Below are positions 23,505 to 33,737 of a stretch of DNA of 34,793 bases, one piece after another (the stretch's first letter is position 1; each line of letters opens with the position of its first letter). Position numbers and translations under genes: made by a program. The stretch is from Chlamydiales bacterium. Its GTDB lineage: Bacteria; Chlamydiota; Chlamydiia; Chlamydiales; JBDQID01. The stretch covers positions 1 through 34,793 of the forward strand of contig JBLFWS010000014.1 in NCBI GenBank assembly GCA_047611865.1, written 5' to 3'. The notes beneath the pieces were generated by a model. It did no database searches, had not been told where the DNA came from, and was given only the letters and a program-made list of their open reading frames with translations.

Positions 23505-25724
23505 TTAACTCTCGTCAGTCCACATTTTAGAACGCTTGTCCTCAGGTACTACCATGGGGCATTCGTCCGGGAGTGAAAAAGCGGCCTTAAATTCAGGAAT
23601 CTGAGACAAAGATCCATTGACTCGCCACAAGGGAGGGCTGTGAGGGTCATTGTTCAAATGGTTTCTGGCAAGAGCATCCTGGATTTTGTAACGCCAGACC
23701 TGAGCGAATCCTAAGAAAAAGCGCTGCTCCGGTGTAAAACCATTCACATCTTGGAGTGGATTGGATTCAAGGGTTTTCTTAAAAGCTGCGAAAGCAATAT
23801 TCAGGCCGCCGAGGTCCGCAATATTTTCTCCAAGACAAAGCTCCCCTCTAACATTCTGACTGCTGCCATCGGCAAAGTGCATGGGGTAATTGTTAAATTG
23901 CTCCACGATAACTTTAGCATGAGCTTCAAAACGTTCAGCATCCGCTTCTTTCCACCAATCTGCCTGATTACCATTAAGATCATATTTACGCCCTTGATCG
24001 TCAAAAGAATGGATGATCTCATGACAAATCACCATACCAAAAGCTCCCCAGCTTACGGCAGGATCGTCAGTAAAAAAGGGTTCCTGCAGAATTCCTGCCG
24101 GAAAGTTTATTTTGTTCAAATCAGGAGAGTTGCAAGCATTGACTGTCTGTGGCGGCCACGGCCAATCTTGACGATCTACATCTTTCCCTAACTTAGCCAG
24201 GTCCCTCTGCTCCTCAAAGCGGAGAATGTCGAGCATATTGGATGCTAAGGGTTGATCGCTTGAAATACTATTAAGAGTACTATAATCTGTCCAGTGCTCA
24301 TCATCAGCATAGCCCACCTGTACTTCCATCTGCTGCACTTTTTCTATCGCTTTCTCCTTGGTCTCATCTTCCATCCAGTTAAGCTTGGCAATTCGCTCAG
24401 CGATAGCTTCTCTCACCACATCAACCATTTCCACCACTTTAGCTTTTTGCCCAGGAGAGAAGAACTTCTTTACATACAGTTTGCCTACTGCGTCTCCAAG
24501 AAAGCTCATCGTATAATCTGTAGCTCGCTCCTCCAGTGGCTTGGATTCCTCCACGCCGTTCATCACCCGGGAATAGAGGTGAAAATGCGCGTCATAAAAA
24601 GCCTTCCCTAGTGCCGGTGCCACAGCATTGATACATTTGAACTTCATGTAATCCTTAAGCATTTCCAAGTCTGCTGATGCCAAGACTGAGAACACCTTCT
24701 TTATCAGGCGAGGATTTGTTATATCCATAACCTCTGGACTAATACCTATTGCGGCAAAGAGAACTCTGGCATCAACTTGAAACTCGGCATTAGCTTCTTC
24801 GATCGTAAAGATATTTGTGGTCAGCTCCACATCCCTTCTCTCTTCCTTTGTCAGAAAGGCAGAAGCAAACTCTCTTTCAATGTTAAATATAGCTGTAGCT
24901 GATGCTTTTGCCTCAGCCTCTGAAGCTCCAGCCAAACTATGAATAGTTTCAAGATACTCATGATAGGCTGCTCGTTTTTCCGCGTTCTTATTGGCTTCTG
25001 TGTCGTTCTCTTCAAGATAAATCTCGTAATCTCCAAGGTTCAAACCACCCTGACCAATATGTAGAATATTCTTTGAGTTGTCTTTGGGATGAGGAGCTAC
25101 ACCTTTGCTAAAAAATACAGAAAAGCCAGATGCCTGCAAGGAGCCTATTGCCGCTACAAGACCATCCATTCCTGTGATACCATTAATTTGGTCTAAAATG
25201 CCTTGGACTGGTCCCAGACCTGCTTCTTCTTGACTTTCCAAGTTGCAGTAGCTCTTGTAAAAGTTTATCGCCAACTCATCGTCATGGCTATCAACCTGAA
25301 AATCACCCTGGAATAAGTTTTTGAGACGTTCGGTATTCATTTTGCTAAGTTGTGAAAAAGTTCCCCAGCGCGAATACCCTTCAGGTATCTCGTTATCCTT
25401 TATCCAATTTCCTACGGCATAATGGAAAAAGTCATCTTGAGGACGAACACTGAGATCCATACCGTTGAAATCAAAAGCACTGGATGCAGGGCATAAGCCT
25501 GATGCTACAAATTGAACTCTGTTTGCTGTGTCATCATCAGTGAAACCATCGTGTGGGATTGCAGCTCTTGCTGTGTTCCACTGAGTGGCACACTCTTCCC
25601 CACAAAATGGGATAACAACCTCTTCCCACATACTGAGAAATGGATTTTCTGGTAAAGCTTGATAACATCCAAGACATGCATCCATATGCCTGCTCGAACA
25701 AGGACTATCAACCGGTGTCGTCAT
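23505..25724 (-). CDS. M13 family (neprilysin/PepO-like) zinc metallopeptidase with an N-terminal Cys4 zinc-finger-like extension
   Basis: PQDDFFHYAVGNW, FPAGILQEPFF, HEIIH (HExxH), GENIAD and DPHSP motifs. GGAG RBS before ATG 25724. Confidence 0.92.
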   Translation of the reverse strand: MTTPVDSPCSSRHMDACLGCYQALPENPFLSMWEEVVIPFCGEECATQWNTARAAIPHDGFTDDDTANRVQFVASGLCPASSAFDFNGMDLSVRPQDDFFHYAVGNWIKDNEIPEGYSRWGTFSQLSKMNTERLKNLFQGDFQVDSHDDELAINFYKSYCNLESQEEAGLGPVQGILDQINGITGMDGLVAAIGSLQASGFSVFFSKGVAPHPKDNSKNILHIGQGGLNLGDYEIYLEENDTEANKNAEKRAAYHEYLETIHSLAGASEAEAKASATAIFNIEREFASAFLTKEERRDVELTTNIFTIEEANAEFQVDARVLFAAIGISPEVMDITNPRLIKKVFSVLASADLEMLKDYMKFKCINAVAPALGKAFYDAHFHLYSRVMNGVEESKPLEERATDYTMSFLGDAVGKLYVKKFFSPGQKAKVVEMVDVVREAIAERIAKLNWMEDETKEKAIEKVQQMEVQVGYADDEHWTDYSTLNSISSDQPLASNMLDILRFEEQRDLAKLGKDVDRQDWPWPPQTVNACNSPDLNKINFPAGILQEPFFTDDPAVSWGAFGMVICHEIIHSFDDQGRKYDLNGNQADWWKEADAERFEAHAKVIVEQFNNYPMHFADGSSQNVRGELCLGENIADLGGLNIAFAAFKKTLESNPLQDVNGFTPEQRFFLGFAQVWRYKIQDALARNHLNNDPHSPPLWRVNGSLSQIPEFKAAFSLPDECPMVVPEDKRSKMWTDES

Positions 25725-25881
25725 AAGTAACTCCAAAATTTTATGCTTTGTGAAAACAAACATTTTGCTTATGACAAGAGAATATTTTTTTGTATACGGA
25801 ATTATGCAGGCTTCAACCAAGCATCAAGATAAACTACTAGAGAGTCCTAAGGGAGCCCTTTGGTGAAAGTTTGGATCCGTT

Positions 25882-27264
25882 CTAAGCTGCAGCCAGCAAT
25901 TTAAAGGTCTTCCATGCACCAGACTTGTACCTGTACCATAGAATAATAGCCAAAGAGATCGGTAAGAAGGTAAAGGCTCCCCAAGCAATGACTGGAGCTA
26001 CCTTGTAGACCTTGATCAGTGAGATGACAACCACTGCAAAAAACGGGTAGATCAAAACCTTGACCCACATTGGCCATAGTGTGTCACCTGCCCCGTGCAA
26101 AGCCCCCACAACCATCAGCTTTAGTGCATCTGCAGTGATAAACAACGCTGCCAGACGAAGCATGACTGTGGCTGTTTCATATATCTCCGCATATTGCTTG
26201 GTGGAGTGGTCATGCAAAAAGATATTCACCAAGAGATCTGTACCAAAAAGAAAGAGGAGCGTCATCGACAAAGCATAAAACATCGCGACTTTCAGTCCTG
26301 AAAATAAAGCCCGCTCAGCTTCAAGGGTATTGTTTGCTCCCAAGTTCTGACCTACAAGACTTGTGACGGCTATGCCCAGGCCCATCATAGGAAGAAATGC
26401 TACCAAGTCCCAGTTGAAAGTAATCGTCATCGCCGCTGCAACCTCTGTTCCATAGGAGTGGAACTGCTGCATAGTGAGATTCAGTGCAGCCATGGCAATA
26501 AAAAGTTCAAAACCAGCAGGAAAGCCGAAGCGCAAGAGCTTAGAGAACATCTTCCTGTCGAAGTATAAGTTTTTCCAAATGTGAAAACGCTCATTTTCCC
26601 GGATATAGGCTACAGCGAGAATAACAAAGGTCAAAGCCTCCCCTATTGCCGTACCGTAAGCTGCTCCGGCCATCTTCCACTCAGGAAAGCCCCATACTCC
26701 AAAAACCATAGCGTAAGTCAAAGGTATGTTCAGAATCATCCCTAATAGGTTCGCTATCATCACAATCCTTGTGCGACCGATACCGGCAAAAAAGCTTCCG
26801 AAAACAACTCGAAACAGGGCAAAGGGTGATGCCAGAGTTAGGATAAGAAAGTATTCTTTCTGCAAAATCAGCTGTAAAGGATCAGGGCTGGACCACTCAA
26901 AGACTTCATAGATAAAAGGTACGCAAGTAAGGATGATAGGATAGGCCATAACAGAAAAAATCAGACCTTGAGAAACCGCCACTGCACATCGTTCTATCTG
27001 TTTAGCTCCATAGTGCTGGGCAACTAGTGCATTAACATAGCTGTTGACCCCATACCAGAACGTCATCAAAAAAAAGCAGCTGAAGCCTGCGATCATCGCT
27101 CCACTCATGTACTCACTTCCCAAGTGAGACAAAAAATAACGATCACAGAACATCATTATCGTATCCGATGCATTAGAAATGATGATCGGGTACGCAAGAA
27201 TCAAAAGACGAGAAATCCCTCCGGGACCCTCCAAATGACGTGCCTTCCAGGCCTTAGTAAACAT
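25882..27264 (-). CDS. MATE family efflux transporter
   Basis: About 12 hydrophobic helices, VAQHYGAK and VGQNLGA repeats, GAAYGT and GAGDT motifs. Confidence 0.92.
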   Translation of the reverse strand: MFTKAWKARHLEGPGGISRLLILAYPIIISNASDTIMMFCDRYFLSHLGSEYMSGAMIAGFSCFFLMTFWYGVNSYVNALVAQHYGAKQIERCAVAVSQGLIFSVMAYPIILTCVPFIYEVFEWSSPDPLQLILQKEYFLILTLASPFALFRVVFGSFFAGIGRTRIVMIANLLGMILNIPLTYAMVFGVWGFPEWKMAGAAYGTAIGEALTFVILAVAYIRENERFHIWKNLYFDRKMFSKLLRFGFPAGFELFIAMAALNLTMQQFHSYGTEVAAAMTITFNWDLVAFLPMMGLGIAVTSLVGQNLGANNTLEAERALFSGLKVAMFYALSMTLLFLFGTDLLVNIFLHDHSTKQYAEIYETATVMLRLAALFITADALKLMVVGALHGAGDTLWPMWVKVLIYPFFAVVVISLIKVYKVAPVIAWGAFTFLPISLAIILWYRYKSGAWKTFKLLAAA

Positions 27265-27423
27265 AGTAAATACTCTCAAAAACTTCTGTATAATTGTACG
27301 CCTGCTCTAACAATAATAGCAATAAGTACTTGAAAATGGCTTTGTAAAAGATTTTCTTTAGGTGACTTTATAAATAAATGGAATTATAAGTCCCCTCTTT
27401 AAAAGAAACAGAGGAAACTATTC

Positions 27424-28971
27424 ATGACTATTCAAATTTTTTCTTCAAGCAACTCCGGGCAAGGCCAAGAGCAGATCGTACCCCAAGGAGCCTCTATCAT
27501 CCCAATCATCAATGATCAGCTTGAGAAGCTAATGACCCAAAACCTCCGACTCGGACAGGCTCTTCAGCAATCACAGCGCAAGACCATCGAATATGAGAAT
27601 GTAGCAAGAGAACAAGGCCTGCAGGTCAGAGATCTCACGGCCTCCTCCCTCGTCGCGGCAGAGAAAATCGAAGATCTTCGGGGTAGCCTGAATAAGTTTA
27701 TGAGGGAAAGAGAAGAACTCTTTGCTTGTGACGAAGATATCGAAAGCATGGGTATGGAAGAAATCTCCTCCTCCACAGATAAAAATGGCAACACTCGCAT
27801 GCACCTTCTAGGAAATCACGTAGAAAAAACCATTCGCCTCATTGAAAGAACCCGAATTCTATCTGGGGTCCGTGCCGTTAAAGCCCTTGTCAACACAAAA
27901 AACAACAAAGGGGAGACCCCTCTCCAACTAAGCTCGCATAAAAAGGTCGCCGAAATTCTAATTAGCAGTGGTGCCAAGGTCAACACCCACGATACGAGCC
28001 GAGAAAAATCTACGCCCCTTCACAAAGTACGTGACAAAGCCGTTGCTAAACTCTTAATCCACGAAGGCGCTGACATTGATGCCAAAGACTCTCTAGGGAG
28101 AACTCCACTCCATACCGCCCACACCGTAGATATCCTGAAACTCCTCATAGAAGCTAAAGAAAAGCAGATAGAAAACTCTGGGGCCAATCGAGAGGAGATC
28201 GAGAAATACGTCAACTCCCAAGACCTCCTCGGCAGAAGGCCCCTTCACTACGCCTTTCTGCCAGAAGGCATCAGGCTTCTTGTCAGAAATGGCGCTGACG
28301 TCAATATCAAAGACCTAGAGGAACTCCCCCCTCTCCATACTGTAATACATTGCCAAAGAGAGCTCCTAACGCCACTCAAAAGCAACTACCTTGGATGTGA
28401 CTTCTACTCCATACGGCCCCCATGCCAAGCAAAACTTCTTCGACTTCTCCGAACAAAAACAGTTCGGAAAAATGCCGCTGCCCTCATCCACACCCTCTGC
28501 GATCTAGGTGCTCATATAGACAGTAAAGACCGGGTAGGTAACACACTACTTCATAAAGCCAGGGACATACATGTCGTGAGTCAAGCCCTTACTGAAGGTG
28601 CCGACGTGAACACTTTAAACTGCTGGAAGGCCTCTCCTCTACACTATGCCTGCGAGTCCCCTCCCGAAGTTATTCAAGCTCTTGCAAACCACCCCAAAGT
28701 TTTAATTAACCAAAAAGACCAGTTTTCTTTTACCCCCCTCGGACTCTGCATCGCCGTTTTCAGCCATTGTAACCTTTTTTCCCCGGGTAGTAACAAAGAA
28801 AACACCAATCTTTTGAGCCATGCCCAAAATAGAATGAACACCATGCAAAGCGCAGGTGACCGCTTGAATAAACCCTACTCTTCAAGGCCCCCTCGGCTCT
28901 CATGGATGCACTGGTATTATGGAATGGACAAAGGTGGGAAAGCCAAAAGAAACAAAGGATGGTATAAATAA
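27424..28971 (+). CDS. Ankyrin repeat protein with an N-terminal coiled coil, putative effector
   Basis: Repeated GETPL, STPLH, GRTPLH, GRRPLH, GNTLLH and ASPLH with GADVN/GADID loops. GAGG RBS. Confidence 0.88.
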   Translation: MTIQIFSSSNSGQGQEQIVPQGASIIPIINDQLEKLMTQNLRLGQALQQSQRKTIEYENVAREQGLQVRDLTASSLVAAEKIEDLRGSLNKFMREREELFACDEDIESMGMEEISSSTDKNGNTRMHLLGNHVEKTIRLIERTRILSGVRAVKALVNTKNNKGETPLQLSSHKKVAEILISSGAKVNTHDTSREKSTPLHKVRDKAVAKLLIHEGADIDAKDSLGRTPLHTAHTVDILKLLIEAKEKQIENSGANREEIEKYVNSQDLLGRRPLHYAFLPEGIRLLVRNGADVNIKDLEELPPLHTVIHCQRELLTPLKSNYLGCDFYSIRPPCQAKLLRLLRTKTVRKNAAALIHTLCDLGAHIDSKDRVGNTLLHKARDIHVVSQALTEGADVNTLNCWKASPLHYACESPPEVIQALANHPKVLINQKDQFSFTPLGLCIAVFSHCNLFSPGSNKENTNLLSHAQNRMNTMQSAGDRLNKPYSSRPPRLSWMHWYYGMDKGGKAKRNKGWYK

Positions 28972-28972
28972 G

Positions 28973-29749
28973 ATGCTACGTATTTCAGAAACCTCCAACA
29001 GGCAAATGCTCCCTACACAGGCAACCCCCCTTTCCGATGACCCCCGAGAGAAGATGATACAGATGCTTTCTTTAAGTCGGATTCTAACTGTGAGGTCTAG
29101 CAGACTTCTCGAAGAACACTGGGACATCGAGATGGGACTCGACATTGAACGAAACGCGCACCTTCATGAATTATCGCAGGGACTTAACGCTGACAGGTTA
29201 CAAAGACTGGAAAATCGGGGCCTTCTGGACGATCTCTTCTCCCAACATGTGGGTCAAATGCATCGAGTCATGGAAAGCGACCAGTGTGAAGAAAGAGTCC
29301 GAACAGTCCAGATAGAAATGATGCGGCTCTGCTCCACCAATGCCGATCTCCAGGAAAGCCTCGAAGATTCGGGTGCCGCTGTGAACCGCCTGAATGAATC
29401 AAACCATTCCTACCGCAATCGCTGTGCGGACCTGACAAATCAGTTAAGAAATCTCTCAAGCATGAATCAAGCCCGAGATTTCCTCGATAAATACGGCTTA
29501 CAAATGAGTCCCTACGCTGGTATCGCTCTCATCACTTTAACAATAGCCTGCGTAAACTCCATCCTTATGGCAATCGTTGCAGCTGTCTTAATGCTTTCAA
29601 TCCTTCAAACAGTGATCCAATTCTGGGAAACCTTCAAAGAAAGTCCTATAATCTCTCAAATCCTAAGTACTCTAAGCGCTCTGAGGACTGTTTCCGAGTA
29701 CTCCCAGAGTTCCTACATAAAAATCATGGAACTACTTAGTTGGAGATAA
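28973..29749 (+). CDS. Coiled-coil protein with a long C-terminal hydrophobic segment (Inc-like candidate)
   Basis: Heptad region followed by about 38 hydrophobic residues, YAGIALITLTIACVNSILMAIVAAVLMLSILQTVIQFW. ATG immediately follows the ankyrin gene stop. Confidence 0.68.
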   Translation: MLRISETSNRQMLPTQATPLSDDPREKMIQMLSLSRILTVRSSRLLEEHWDIEMGLDIERNAHLHELSQGLNADRLQRLENRGLLDDLFSQHVGQMHRVMESDQCEERVRTVQIEMMRLCSTNADLQESLEDSGAAVNRLNESNHSYRNRCADLTNQLRNLSSMNQARDFLDKYGLQMSPYAGIALITLTIACVNSILMAIVAAVLMLSILQTVIQFWETFKESPIISQILSTLSALRTVSEYSQSSYIKIMELLSWR

Positions 29750-29786
29750 ATATTTTTACAGGATGAACAGGAGCGGTGAACTCACC

Positions 29787-30812
29787 CTACAGTAGGGTAA
29801 TCCACTTCTTTGATAGATCCACGGTGTTCTCATCAAAATGCTGCAAGTCGATGTATCCCATCTCGTAAAAAAGCGCTGGTGACAAAGCATCGTCAGCAAA
29901 ATAACTAAAAGTATCTAACCCGACAGCTACGCCTTCCCCACAAATCGATGCCGCAAGATTTCCCAAAGCCAGGATACCCGCACTAGTTTCAAAAGATGAG
30001 CTGATCACCACCTGTAGCCCCAAAGCGTCAAGACTTCGTGCCATTTGTTTTGTCACCTCAAAACCACCCACCAAAGTAGGTTTGATGACAACCGTAGAAA
30101 CCCCTGCTATCTTACTGAAGTCGCTGAATGGATTCTCGCGATAAAGCCCATCTACTGCTGTTTCAATCCCAGAAGATACACCAAACTCGTGAAGATCCTT
30201 CAAGTCCTTTACCGGGTCTTCTATATATTCTATCGGAAGATCTCGGCATAGATCGGAAAACTCCAGAGCCTCTTTCAAACTCCAACGCCCATTTGGGTCA
30301 ATACGTAATAATATCTCTTGATCAGCACGTTTACAGATCTCTTGAATTACCTTTGCATCCTTAGCGACAGATTGCCTTCCGACCTTAATCTTGACTACTT
30401 TACTGTCCTGGTTGAAGAAATCTTGAGCTTTACCCCTAACTTCTGGATCATCAGCCATCAGAAGACGATTTACAAAGACTCTCTCTTGATAATCTTCTGA
30501 AATGAGGCAACGCATAGGAATGTCTCGCTGATTCTTAGCAAGGTCCAGCATAGCCATCTCCAAAGCAAAAGATACCGAAGGCAGCAATTCTTCTTCTGTT
30601 TCCTCGTCCCTCAAACGGATTAACTGCTCACGGACATCCCTAAGGCTCTCAATACTGAACCCCGGCAAGGGAGCCGCTTCTCCGCAACCCGAAACACCCT
30701 CTTCATCACGTACAATAATGTAAAAACCTTCTCTCTTCTCAATTGGTGCTGATTCTACAAGAGGAATATCGTAGTGGTATAGAGAGAAATCTTTCAGTAT
30801 CACACTAACCAT
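29787..30812 (-). CDS. menC: o-succinylbenzoate synthase
   Basis: GEAAPLPGFS, KIKVGR, RIDPN, YIEDP, VIKPT and ISSSFET motifs; in an operon with menA and menH. The start may instead be GTG at 30803. Confidence 0.88.
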   Translation of the reverse strand: MVSVILKDFSLYHYDIPLVESAPIEKREGFYIIVRDEEGVSGCGEAAPLPGFSIESLRDVREQLIRLRDEETEEELLPSVSFALEMAMLDLAKNQRDIPMRCLISEDYQERVFVNRLLMADDPEVRGKAQDFFNQDSKVVKIKVGRQSVAKDAKVIQEICKRADQEILLRIDPNGRWSLKEALEFSDLCRDLPIEYIEDPVKDLKDLHEFGVSSGIETAVDGLYRENPFSDFSKIAGVSTVVIKPTLVGGFEVTKQMARSLDALGLQVVISSSFETSAGILALGNLAASICGEGVAVGLDTFSYFADDALSPALFYEMGYIDLQHFDENTVDLSKKWITLL

Positions 30813-31681
30813 CCGAAAGAAAATAAAAGAGTGAAAATAGTGAGCAACTTAGCGGTTGACACCAAAGCTTCATTCAAAGAAGGACCGTCCGTACACAGCC
30901 ATGTCGTCTTGACAAGGGGTGCGGCCAGAGGCAAAATTAACAGGGAACTCAGGATAACAGGACTCCTTCCCTCTAGGTAAACCATCCATAAAGGAAATGC
31001 ACAGGGTAAAAGGATACATGCCAAATATTCCATACGAGCAAAATTTCTTCCGAAGCGCACTGCCAGGGTACGCTTCCCAACCACTGCATCCCCATCCATA
31101 TCCCGCAAATTATTGACCACAAGAATAGCGGTACACAAAAGACCTGTTGTCATCCCCCCAATAAAAGGGAGTGTGTCGAAAGCAAGTGCTTGTACATAAT
31201 AGGTCCCCCCAACAGCGACTGGACCAAAAAATATAAAGACAAAGACATCACCCCATCCGTGGTATCCCAAAGGATAAGGGCCTGCGGTATACAATATAGC
31301 TGATAGGATAGAAGCCAGACAAGCTAGCCCCATGGGCCATCCGCCACGGAACATCAGGAAAGACCCCGCTAAAAATGACAGCGAAAATACCAGTACGATG
31401 CCTCGTTGCATTTGGGAAAAACTCAATAGCCCTGCTTGCATAACGCGTAAAGGACCTATGCGTTCTTCTGTATCTGCTCCGTTAATAAAGTCGCAGTAAT
31501 CATTCGTGAAGTTACTACCTATCTGAGCAAACAGGGCCATCAAAAGACAAGCTAGAGCCGATGGCCAATGTTCCAAGCCTTCGCCATAAGCAAAAACTGT
31601 TCCCAAGATAACAGGGGCAATGGAGGCCCATAGAGTTTTGGGCCTCGCAGCAATTATCCAAACTTTAAGACTCGTATCCAT
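30800..31681 (-). CDS. menA: 1,4-dihydroxy-2-naphthoate polyprenyltransferase
   Basis: ARPKTL, NDYCDFINGAD and NNLRDMDGD...GKRTLAV UbiA-family motifs. Confidence 0.93.
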   Translation of the reverse strand: MDTSLKVWIIAARPKTLWASIAPVILGTVFAYGEGLEHWPSALACLLMALFAQIGSNFTNDYCDFINGADTEERIGPLRVMQAGLLSFSQMQRGIVLVFSLSFLAGSFLMFRGGWPMGLACLASILSAILYTAGPYPLGYHGWGDVFVFIFFGPVAVGGTYYVQALAFDTLPFIGGMTTGLLCTAILVVNNLRDMDGDAVVGKRTLAVRFGRNFARMEYLACILLPCAFPLWMVYLEGRSPVILSSLLILPLAAPLVKTTWLCTDGPSLNEALVSTAKLLTIFTLLFSFGWLV

Positions 31682-31686
31682 CAAGC

Positions 31687-32493
31687 TCACCCTACACTCG
31701 CTGGCTCGCCACTCGTTGACGTCAAAGCATCAAACAAACCCTTAGGGTTTTCTTCATGTACATTGTGACCTGCATTAGGAACAACGATCATACGAGTTTT
31801 TTGGTAACATTTTGCCATCTCATCAGCCAGGCGAGTGAACTTTTCATCTTTTTCCCCAACGATCAAACAAAGTGGCATTGATAACTTTTCCAACTCATCC
31901 CAGAAAGACTGCTGCATACCCGCTCCCATAAATCTGAGGGACTTGGCAAGAAAACGTACATCATTATGCTTGCGTTTGTCCTTTATCATTTCCAGGCGTC
32001 CAGGATTTAATCCTAAACTGGCAAATATGGGTCTGTCATACCACTTGTCCAAAAATTCCTCGAAATTCCCACTTTCCAGTTTATCAGCTAGATTTTGATC
32101 TCTTCTGCGGCGTGCGTGTCTGTCAGATAGCTCCTTAAAGCCTGGTGAAGCGGATACTAAGGCAAGCTCTGTAAAATATTGAGGGTAATACAAAGCTAAA
32201 TACAAAGAGAGCCTCCCCCCCATAGAATACCCCACCAAGACAGCCTGTGATATTTCCAACTCATCCAAAATATCAACAACAAGACGTGCGCTGCCATCCA
32301 TTGTATAGACCTTATGGCTTTCTAATTGAGAGTCTCCATGTCCAGGAAGATCAATCACCAAACTGCTATAGCTATTTCCCAACAAGTTCACAAGAGGTTC
32401 CCAATCTTTTTTGGATCCCATAAAACCATGCAAGAAAACGAAAGTCGGTGTAGTATCAATTCTCTTGTAGTGATAACGTAAGGCAGTCGTCAT
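31687..32493 (-). CDS. menH: SHCHC synthase (alpha/beta hydrolase)
   Basis: FLHGFMG, DLPGHG, GYSMGGR and AGHNVH motifs; men operon context. Confidence 0.9.
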   Translation of the reverse strand: MTTALRYHYKRIDTTPTFVFLHGFMGSKKDWEPLVNLLGNSYSSLVIDLPGHGDSQLESHKVYTMDGSARLVVDILDELEISQAVLVGYSMGGRLSLYLALYYPQYFTELALVSASPGFKELSDRHARRRRDQNLADKLESGNFEEFLDKWYDRPIFASLGLNPGRLEMIKDKRKHNDVRFLAKSLRFMGAGMQQSFWDELEKLSMPLCLIVGEKDEKFTRLADEMAKCYQKTRMIVVPNAGHNVHEENPKGLFDALTSTSGEPASVG

Positions 32494-32587
32494 ATCCCCC
32501 CTTTTTTTTCCAATGTCCCATATCGATGAGAATACATAAGCGTCTCTATTTAATGCTCTAAGATTTTTACAATGTTGCTTTCCAGTA

Positions 32588-33499
32588 TTACATTTCTTTC
32601 AGTCTTTGAATCCTGTCTTCCAAAGGAGGATGGGAGGCAAAAAAACGCATAAAGCCTGAGCTGCTACTAGAAATTTTCATCGTTTGAAAGGCATTCTGTG
32701 AGCTATCCTTATCTTGCACGCCATAGGTGGCCTGTAGCTTCTGCAAAGCTGCAATCATATTCTCACGTCCAGCCAATTGCGCTCCACCTGCATCGGCACG
32801 GTATTCTCGATAACGAGAAAACCACCTTACAACGATGGAACCCAAAACCATCAGGATCACTTCCAAAAAAATTACTGTCATATAATAGGCGAAGTAAGAA
32901 CTCCCTTGCCCTTCTCTTTCTTTCCCCCCGCGCATGACAGCAAAGGCTATTGCTCTAGCTAAAAACATCACGAATGCGTTGACGATACCTTGAAGCAAAG
33001 TCATGGTGACCATGTCACCATTAGCGATATGTGCAATTTCATGCCCTAGAACTCCTCTGGCTTCCTCTTTATTCATACGCTCAAGAAGCCCCGTGGAGAC
33101 AGCCACAAGAGAACGGGAACGAGTAGGCCCCGTGGCAAAGGCATTCACCTCCATTGATCGGTAGATCCCCACTTCCGGCATAGTAGATAGACCAGCATTC
33201 TTCGCAAGGTCATGAACTGTAGAAACGAGGTTTTGAAGATTAGGGTCCCGAGTATCTATTTCAACTACACTGACACCCATCATCCATTTGGCCATTATCC
33301 GTGACATAGCAAGAGAAATAAAAGCTCCTCCCATACCCCAAACCAGACAAAACGCCATCAAAGCCTGATAATCTATCCCATATTGGGTGATATAGGGCTG
33401 GATGTTGAAAAGCCTTAAAATAATCGAAAGGGTGATGATGACAAGAAAGTTCACCAATATAAAGAGACCAAAACGCTTCGCCCATCCCATAACATGCAT
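32588..33499 (-). CDS. htpX: Membrane zinc metalloprotease HtpX (M48)
   Basis: NAFATG, HEIAHIANGDMVT, SRYREYRAD and SHPPLEDRI motifs. The start may instead be ATG at 33490. Confidence 0.95.
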   Translation of the reverse strand: MHVMGWAKRFGLFILVNFLVIITLSIILRLFNIQPYITQYGIDYQALMAFCLVWGMGGAFISLAMSRIMAKWMMGVSVVEIDTRDPNLQNLVSTVHDLAKNAGLSTMPEVGIYRSMEVNAFATGPTRSRSLVAVSTGLLERMNKEEARGVLGHEIAHIANGDMVTMTLLQGIVNAFVMFLARAIAFAVMRGGKEREGQGSSYFAYYMTVIFLEVILMVLGSIVVRWFSRYREYRADAGGAQLAGRENMIAALQKLQATYGVQDKDSSQNAFQTMKISSSSSGFMRFFASHPPLEDRIQRLKEM

Positions 33500-33737
33500 T
33501 CCTTGTTTTTATTTGTTTCCACGCAGTAAAGGCTACCTCCTCACCATGAAAAATGGCAAGAATTTCCACCTTTACAAAAACTTAATATTACATTTACGAA
33601 ACCTTTATGTACTGCCTATACAATAAAACCCATAATAGCTCAGAAGTGGCAAGCTTCGAGGCCAAACATAATAGTAATATTCAATAGTAAAATAATAATC
33701 TTATCGGCTTCCAGCTTGTCTATCGATACCAGTATCT

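Noticed and set aside
28860..28975. Frameshift joining the ankyrin gene to ORF 28919..29749
   Set aside because: ATG 28973 directly after the stop explains the overlap; no obvious slippery tract.
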